Shown here: one piece after another, positions 57,688-64,000 of the stretch
Layout of the letters: each line of letters begins with the position of its first letter
How positions within the stretch are numbered: position 1 is the stretch's first letter
Source of the DNA: an uncultured Cytophagia bacterium
GTDB taxonomy: Bacteria > Zhuqueibacterota > Zhuqueibacteria > Thermofontimicrobiales > Thermofontimicrobiaceae
Assembly (NCBI GenBank): GCA_964647995.1
Contig: CAZYNP010000003.1
Location: forward strand, 132,571 to 196,570
DNA length: 64,000 bases
Reading direction: 5' to 3'
Notes under the pieces: generated by a model
What the model was told of the DNA's origin: nothing
What the model saw: only the letters and a program-made list of their open reading frames with translations
Database searches by the model: none
Made by a program: the position numbers and the translations under genes

Positions 57688-57895
57688 GATTTCGTTTGAC
57701 AATTCTGAGCAATCACGATGAACTCCCAACCACCGTCGTGGGCTAAAAGATGCCACTTATGAGAGGGTAATTGTATTCGCCTTGCTCTCTATGCCAATGC
57801 TTCTCCCCTGCCATCAAAGCGAAATTTAAATATTAACCATAGAATTCTGGAACGCGCTTCATAATAACATCAGCATACGGGGAGATGGTTGCAGC

Positions 57896-59059
57896 ATGAC
57901 GGATAGCTTCGATTCATTAAAAACACAACTTTTTGGTCTGCAAAAAAAATACTCTGAAATGGAGGCATTGAACCAATCGCTCAACGATCGCTTATTGGAA
58001 CTCTACTCTCTGTATCAGGTAAGCCTGACGCTAAGCAAGACATTTGACCTGGATGAGATACTGAAGCTCATCAAAAAACTGTTTCACAAAACGTTTCATG
58101 TGGATCATTTTGGACTATTTTTATTAGATGATCTTCTGGCAACCCTGCACCTGAAAGCAGCTTTCGGCCTACCCGACTGTACGGCGATGCCGGCTTCGTA
58201 TCATTTCAATGAAGATATTTTTGGCCAGGTCCTAAAACTGGAAGAGATCATCTATCTCCCGGACCTTCAACAGAATAACGCCTACCAGCTTTACCAGGGC
58301 GAACCGAAAGCCGGCGCGTTTGTGGCCATTCCTCTGCTGCTCGGCAAAAACCGGCCGCTGGGGGTTTTGACGCTCCATCGAAAAAAGGCCAACTCATTTA
58401 GCAAAAATGAGATTCACCTGTTCAAAAAGATCAGTTTCGAAATCGCCAAGGTGCTGGATAAGACATTGCTGTTCCAGCATACCAAAGAATTATCCATTAC
58501 CGATGATCTCACCGGTCTCTACAACCGCCGCTATTTCAATCAACGATTTGATCGCGAAGTCCAACGGGCAAAGCGGTACAATCGGCCATTGACGGTAATG
58601 ATGGTTGATATTGACTATTTCAAATACTACAACGATCTGAATGGCCATCTGCTGGGCGATGAAGTGCTCAAAAAAGTAGCCGCCATTTTGGAGTCCAATC
58701 TCCGTAAGGCCGACATTGTCGCCCGCTATGGGGGCGAGGAATTCGTTATCTTGCTACCAGAAATTGATAAGAACCACGCGGACCAGGTAGCCGAAAAACT
58801 GCGCCGCACGGTTGAAGTCAAAGCGTTTCCTAAGGAGCAGTATCAGCCAAATAAGAATTTGACCATTTCGTTGGGATTGGCCACATTACCCACCGATTCT
58901 ACCAATGCGAAAGAGTTGCTCGAATTTGCCGATCAGGCGCTCTATAAAGCCAAAGCCGAGGGTAGAAATCGCGTGGTCGCGTACCATTCATCCATGACGC
59001 AAATCAAAAAAACCAATATTCTGCATTTAGAGCCAAAGTCAGCCGCAGCCGGGAAGTAA
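57896..59059 (+). CDS. Coiled-coil-GAF-GGDEF diguanylate cyclase
   Basis: TDDLTGLYNRRYF, DIDYFKYYNDLNGHLLGD, RKAD I-site, RYGGEEF, ADQALYKAK. Confidence 0.93.
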   Translation: MTDSFDSLKTQLFGLQKKYSEMEALNQSLNDRLLELYSLYQVSLTLSKTFDLDEILKLIKKLFHKTFHVDHFGLFLLDDLLATLHLKAAFGLPDCTAMPASYHFNEDIFGQVLKLEEIIYLPDLQQNNAYQLYQGEPKAGAFVAIPLLLGKNRPLGVLTLHRKKANSFSKNEIHLFKKISFEIAKVLDKTLLFQHTKELSITDDLTGLYNRRYFNQRFDREVQRAKRYNRPLTVMMVDIDYFKYYNDLNGHLLGDEVLKKVAAILESNLRKADIVARYGGEEFVILLPEIDKNHADQVAEKLRRTVEVKAFPKEQYQPNKNLTISLGLATLPTDSTNAKELLEFADQALYKAKAEGRNRVVAYHSSMTQIKKTNILHLEPKSAAAGK

Positions 59060-59466
59060 ACAGAAAGCGCGACAACCAAACGCAACGCCCTGCTGCGCTG
59101 GTTGCTATTTTTTTCTGCCAACAACTGCTGATGGCGCCTTAGCAGCCCCATCAGGATTCCAGTGGGCTTGCGGCCAATAAAAATTGCTGACCAAAACAAT
59201 GGGTATCGGAAAGCGCATTGCTCGCCCCCAGATTTCGCCTCAGCCAGTTGCGCCGCGGTTTTGCTGGCAAACCTTTCCGCAATCGAAACCGATGGGATCA
59301 GGATGGTTTTTGGGCCGAACCAGAGGTCAATCCTCGAAGGGGAACCGATCATTACCCGCTTCGTTAAAACTACAACTTTGGAATAAGATTTAATAAACCT
59401 GGACATCTCCCCGATGAGCCGGCGCCGAATTGCCCCGCGTTCGGAACTCATCCTGGAGCTTGATTT

Positions 59467-61977
59467 TTGTTATCGACTATTCAAGCCACGAAGCTTTCAT
59501 TGATGATTCGACCAATTGTCAATTGCTGCAACCGACTGAAGCGTTTGAGGGTCTTAGCTTGCCTGGTACTGGCTTTAGCCGTCAATGCTGCTTCCGCGCC
59601 GATCTACAAAGTGCGATTCGAGCGCAATTACGACACCCAGCACATCAAGCTGATTCTGGAGTTCGATCAGGAGCAGAAGTCGCTTTCTGGCGAAGCCACC
59701 ATCTCGCTGGTGCCCCTGGTCGATACGCTGCGATCTTTTCAATTGCACGCCAAAAACATGGCTATTCAACAGGTAGTGCGGAAAGATCAGCATCCATTGA
59801 CGTTTGAAGCGGATTCGGAAACAGTTACCATCCATTTGAATCATGCGGCTCACAAAACGGATACCGTCACCGTAGTGATCTCCTATTTCACCCGTCCCGC
59901 TGCCGGAGTATATTTCAATGCGCCAAGCAACGAACGGCCGCGGTTGCCCTATCAGATCTATACGCACTCGGAACCAATTGCTGCCCGCCACTGGTTTCCC
60001 TGCTATGATGAACCTGATGACAAAGTCACCAGCGAAGTAATTGCCACCGTACCCGAAAATTTTTTCCTTCTATCCAATGGCTGGTTGGTGCGCACCGATC
60101 ATGATCAAAAACTGCACACCAAAACCTATCATTGGCAGCAGAACCAGCCCCATTCCACCTACCTGATCTGCGTGACCGCCGGCCAGTACACGGAAATCCG
60201 AGATCATATCGGCCAGACACCATTGCAATATTATGTCTATTCCCAGGACTCCGTGAATGCCGCCAACTCCTTTGCTCAAACGCCCAGAATGCTGAGTCTG
60301 TTTGAGAAATTATTTGGTTACCCCTATCCCTGGGATAAATATGCGCAGATCGTGGTTGCCGACTATCAAGCTGGCGGAATGGAACATACCAGCGCCACTA
60401 CTCTCAATGATAACACAATTCATGATCGCCGCGCGTATCTGGATCAAGACAGCGATGAGCTGGTGGCTCACGAATTGGCGCATCAATGGTTCGGCAATCT
60501 GGTAACCTGCCGGTCATGGATGCATCTCTGGCTCAATGAGGGGTTTGCCACCTATGCTGAAATTCTTTATCAGGAATTTGGCCGAAGCCTCGCCGATGCC
60601 CAGAAAGCGATCTATGATCTGCAAAAGACCTATTTCGAACTGGTGGATGTGAAGTTTCATCAGCCAATCGTCTACGATGCGTTTCTGCATCCGGATGATC
60701 TTTTCAATCATCTCACCTACCAGAAAGCCGCACTGGTATTGCACATGTTGCGCCAGGTTATTGGCGACTCGCTTTTCTTCCAAAGCCTGAAGACCTATCT
60801 CCAGCGGTATGCTTTCGATGTGGCCACTACCACCGATTTTCAACAGGTGGTCACCGAGGTGAGCCGACAAAACCTGGATTGGTTCTTTGAGGAATGGCTC
60901 TATCGCGGCGGCCATCCGCAATTGACCCTGCATTCGCGCTGGCTGGCCGATACCAGAGAAGTGCTGCTGCTGGTCGAACAGACACAAACCGATTCGTTGG
61001 GCCTGGTGCCGTTAGTTTTTCGAATGCCAGCAACTGTGGAAATTGTTACCCCCAAGGAACGACTCCGGCATCAGATATGGCTTCATTCCCGCAGCGATAC
61101 CTTCAGATTCGCCTGCGATAGCCATCCGGTGATGATTCAGTTTGATCCCGAAAACTATTTGTTAAAGGAGCTCAAATGCTTCAAATCGCAGGACGAATGG
61201 CTCTACCAATTGCAAAATGCTTCAAACGTCGCCGGGCGACTGACAGCCATTGAGCACCTGCCAGGTGCGACCTTCGATACGCTGGCCACCATTTGCGGAT
61301 TGGAAGCAGCACTCAGCAACGATCCCTATTGGGCAGTTCGCCAACAGGCCGCCTTTGCGTTGATCGATTTTCATCGTCCGGAGACAAAAGAGGTGCTGCG
61401 CCAGGCCTGTCATGACCCAAAGTCTCAGGTACGATCGGCAGCGATCCTGGCGCTGAGCTACTATTATGATGTCAACTCCAATGCCTTGTTTCGAGCACTG
61501 GCCCGGAATGACTCCAGCTATAATGTCGTGGCCGATGCATTGTATGCCCTGGCGAACGTTCCTGACGATAGCAGCTTCGAGGTGATCAAAGGCTTTTTGG
61601 AGGTGGAATCGCGTCAGGATGTCGTGCGCACGGCTGCCTTCCACTGCCTCAGTCGCATCAAAGATGAGCGTGCCATTCCCCTGGTTTTGCAATTCGCCAT
61701 GAGCCCGAACCTGCCGGCCGTCACCCGCTCGAACGCGCTATCCGTGCTCCGAGAAATTGGTGCCGGCCATGCCGAGGTAGAAGCCAGCATGATCGCGCTT
61801 CTGTCCGATGGCGATCCCCTCATTCAAAAAAAAGCCATTGATATTCTTGGACAATTCAAAACCACCACTGCCCTCCAGGCACTGAAGCAGTTGCAGGAAT
61901 CCTCGCTGCCTGATGATGTGCGCCGTCGGTTGCGCGCATCCATCCAAAAAATCGAACAGAACATTGGCAGCCGTTGA
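59467..61977 (+). CDS. M1 family aminopeptidase with C-terminal HEAT repeats, likely exported
   Basis: ARHWFPCYDEP, GGMEHT, HELAHQWFGN...WLNEGFATY, TYQKAALVLHML, HEAT repeats; hydrophobic N-terminus. Confidence 0.93.
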   Translation: MLSTIQATKLSLMIRPIVNCCNRLKRLRVLACLVLALAVNAASAPIYKVRFERNYDTQHIKLILEFDQEQKSLSGEATISLVPLVDTLRSFQLHAKNMAIQQVVRKDQHPLTFEADSETVTIHLNHAAHKTDTVTVVISYFTRPAAGVYFNAPSNERPRLPYQIYTHSEPIAARHWFPCYDEPDDKVTSEVIATVPENFFLLSNGWLVRTDHDQKLHTKTYHWQQNQPHSTYLICVTAGQYTEIRDHIGQTPLQYYVYSQDSVNAANSFAQTPRMLSLFEKLFGYPYPWDKYAQIVVADYQAGGMEHTSATTLNDNTIHDRRAYLDQDSDELVAHELAHQWFGNLVTCRSWMHLWLNEGFATYAEILYQEFGRSLADAQKAIYDLQKTYFELVDVKFHQPIVYDAFLHPDDLFNHLTYQKAALVLHMLRQVIGDSLFFQSLKTYLQRYAFDVATTTDFQQVVTEVSRQNLDWFFEEWLYRGGHPQLTLHSRWLADTREVLLLVEQTQTDSLGLVPLVFRMPATVEIVTPKERLRHQIWLHSRSDTFRFACDSHPVMIQFDPENYLLKELKCFKSQDEWLYQLQNASNVAGRLTAIEHLPGATFDTLATICGLEAALSNDPYWAVRQQAAFALIDFHRPETKEVLRQACHDPKSQVRSAAILALSYYYDVNSNALFRALARNDSSYNVVADALYALANVPDDSSFEVIKGFLEVESRQDVVRTAAFHCLSRIKDERAIPLVLQFAMSPNLPAVTRSNALSVLREIGAGHAEVEASMIALLSDGDPLIQKKAIDILGQFKTTTALQALKQLQESSLPDDVRRRLRASIQKIEQNIGSR

Positions 61978-62370
61978 TGCAGTACAGCTATTGGCCACTG
62001 GCCTGGCTTACCCATCGCCGAATTGGCCACGTTGCGTGGCTTTCCTTTTCGTCCCGTGCCCGAATCGAGTTCAACGGCCGATGCCTTTTTCGAGTGGGAT
62101 CGTTATCTTTTCTCCTGCTGATTCCTGCAGCTACGTATCATCCCGATTAGCGAGTTAATGCCAGGCGTTGGTTGGATCGGCCGGGTCTGGTTTTTGAACC
62201 GTAGCCGCATCTATCGGCCAGGTATTACCAGCCACTGCAAAAAATCAGTTATAGGTGGACTGAGCGGTCGCTTAAAAATGGAATGCTTCCAAAATTTCAA
62301 AAAGTCAAGCAACCGGTCAGTAGCTCTGTCCGCTCATAAGTGAGGTTTTACCAGCCGCTCGATTTTTATA

Positions 62371-62399
62371 TTGCATTCTAACTAAAAATTTCATATTTT
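62371..62399 (+). promoter_or_regulatory. Possible sigma70-type promoter for lepA
   Basis: TTGCAT, 17 nt, TATTTT. Confidence 0.5.
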
Positions 62400-62445
62400 T
62401 GGGAGTTTTGTTTTTGAATACGGATATTTTTTAGGTCGGTCATTT

Positions 62446-64000
62446 ATGTCAACCAATTTCATTCGAAATTTTTCGATCATTGCCCACATTGACCATGGCA
62501 AATCGACCCTGGCTGATCGCCTGCTGGAGGTGACCGGCACCTTCCGCAAAGAGGAGATGGTCGACCAGATTCTTGACAGCATGGATCTGGAGCGAGAGCG
62601 TGGCATTACCATCAAAGCGCACGCGATCACCATGAACTATCGCAGCCGCGATGGGAACGATTACATACTGAACCTGATTGATACCCCAGGCCATGTCGAT
62701 TTCTCGTATGAAGTCTCGCGAAGCCTGGCCGCGTGCGAGGGGGCAATTCTGGTGGTCGACGCGTCACAGGGAGTCGAAGCCCAAACCATCAGCAATCTCT
62801 ATCTGGCGCTGGAGAATAATCTGGAAATTATTCCGGTCATTAACAAGATCGATTTAAAAAACGCCCGGGTCGATCTGGTTAAACAACAATTGATGGAAAT
62901 TATGGGCGTTCGAGAAGATGAGATTTTGCTCTGCAGCGCCCGAATGGGCACCGGCATTGCTGACATTCTGGAAGCGATAGTGCAGCGAGTTCCGCCGCCC
63001 CAGGGCGACCCGCAGGCGCCATTGCAAGCGCTCATTTTCGATTCCATGTTCAATAGCTATCGTGGCGCGATTGCCTACATCCGGGTATTTCAGGGTGAAA
63101 TCAAAACTGGCATGCCGATTAAGTTCTTTTCGCACGACACCACCTATGAAGTGGATGAAGTGGGCATTCTGCAATTAAAAAACATCCCCCGGCAGCGATT
63201 GACGGTGGGCGAGGTTGGCTATGTGATCGCTGGCGCCAAAGAGGTCAAAGACACCAAAGTCGGCGATACCATCACCTCCGTGGAGAATCCCGCACCGCAG
63301 CCGCTGCCTGGCTATCGCGAAGCCAAGCCCATGGTGTTCAGCAGCCTTTTTCCCGCCGAAAATGAAGATTATGAAAACCTCCGGGATGCGCTGGATCGAT
63401 TGAAATTGAACGATGCGGCTCTGGTTTATGAACCCGAGGATTCGGTTGCGCTGGGATTTGGTTTTCGTTGTGGGTTTCTGGGATTGCTGCACATGGAGAT
63501 CGTCCAGGAGCGATTGGAACGAGAATACAATCTCAATCTGGTAACCACGCTGCCCAGTGTGGCCTTTCGGGTCACCAAAACCAATGGCGAAGTGGTAATG
63601 GTCGACAACCCGGTCAAGCTGCCACCCACCGGCAATATTGCCTTTATCGAAGAGCCTTATGTCAAAGCCAGTATTTTGACGCCCATCGAATTCATTGGCA
63701 ACATTATGAAAATCGCCCAGGAGCGCCGGGGTATCTACAAAAACACCGATTACATCGATCCCACTCGCGCCGATTTGCATTATGAATTCCCCCTGGCGGA
63801 AATCATCTATGATTTTTACGATCGCTTGAAATCGGTCAGCAAAGGCTACGCCTCGTTCGATTATGAATTTTCGGATTACCAGCAGGGCGATCTGATCAAA
63901 CTGGATATTCTGATCAATAAAGAGACGGTCGATGCGCTGTCGGTCATCGTGCATAGAAGCAAGGGCTACGAGTGGGGGCGCAAAATATGCCAGAAGCTCA
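62446..64000 (+). CDS. lepA: Elongation factor 4 (LepA), 3' end outside the window
   Basis: Absent from the ORF track because there is no stop. [72 protein letters not shown]. Confidence 0.97.
   Translation, partial: MSTNFIRNFSIIAHIDHGKSTLADRLLEVTGTFRKEEMVDQILDSMDLERERGITIKAHAITMNYRSRDGNDYILNLIDTPGHVDFSYEVSRSLAACEGAILVVDASQGVEAQTISNLYLALENNLEIIPVINKIDLKNARVDLVKQQLMEIMGVREDEILLCSARMGTGIADILEAIVQRVPPPQGDPQAPLQALIFDSMFNSYRGAIAYIRVFQGEIKTGMPIKFFSHDTTYEVDEVGILQLKNIPRQRLTVGEVGYVIAGAKEVKDTKVGDTITSVENPAPQPLPGYREAKPMVFSSLFPAENEDYENLRDALDRLKLNDAALVYEPEDSVALGFGFRCGFLGLLHMEIVQERLEREYNLNLVTTLPSVAFRVTKTNGEVVMVDNPVKLPPTGNIAFIEEPYVKASILTPIEFIGNIMKIAQERRGIYKNTDYIDPTRADLHYEFPLAEIIYDFYDRLKSVSKGYASFDYEFSDYQQGDLIKLDILINKETVDALSVIVHRSKGYEWGRKICQKL

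Noticed and set aside
57688-57895. c-di-GMP riboswitch before the GGDEF gene
   Set aside because: The GCAAA...GAAA...GGGACGCAAAGC-type core is absent.
62799-63954. Minus-strand ORFs at the right end
   Set aside because: Antisense shadows of lepA, which the ORF track omitted because it lacks a stop in the window.
1-64000. CRISPR array, IS elements, rRNA
   Set aside because: No regularly spaced direct repeats, transposase motifs or rRNA-like sequence found by eye.

Overview
Gene-dense chromosomal window with no integrase, transposase, phage genes or CRISPR array. It most likely comes from a Gram-negative, non-Bacteroidota FCB-type bacterium (KSB1/Calditrichota-like; inferred from PNPFN-type C-terminal sorting domains, a short Bacteroidota-like sigma70 and clear Shine-Dalgarno sites). 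Left to right: (1) 1-12.8 kb, minus strand: an expanded MoxR-DUF58-BatA-E operon with extra TPR and BatD-like genes, ending in tonB and a truncated glycoside hydrolase gene the ORF track missed. (2) A secreted GH116, then a CNNM/CorC gene, yigZ, tRNA-Asp, tRNA-Val and a small membrane protein. (3) 19.3-41 kb, plus strand: a cell-surface locus with a LamG protein, two lipoproteins, a TonB-dependent receptor without SusD, two paralogous Fn3/'VPNPY'-tail proteins, a PorV-like barrel, and further tail-bearing proteins (M6-like protease, CotH kinase, atypical zincin-like protein). (4) 8-oxoguanine-deaminase-like enzyme, rmuC, a sigma54 promoter/GAF activator/HEAT protein module, rpoD-type sigma, rpsU, and a solute-binding protein plus orphan kinase. 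(5) Ig-like lipoprotein, DUF4835, two barrel/helix-hairpin-helix genes (one with a decayed HhH tail), GAF-GGDEF, M1 aminopeptidase, and the 5' part of lepA (also missed by the ORF track). The best candidate for an undescribed system is the SusD-less TBDR + paired CTD proteins + dedicated PorV locus. Family names come from remembered motifs; no database search was run. Several starts were moved from the ORF track using SD spacing.
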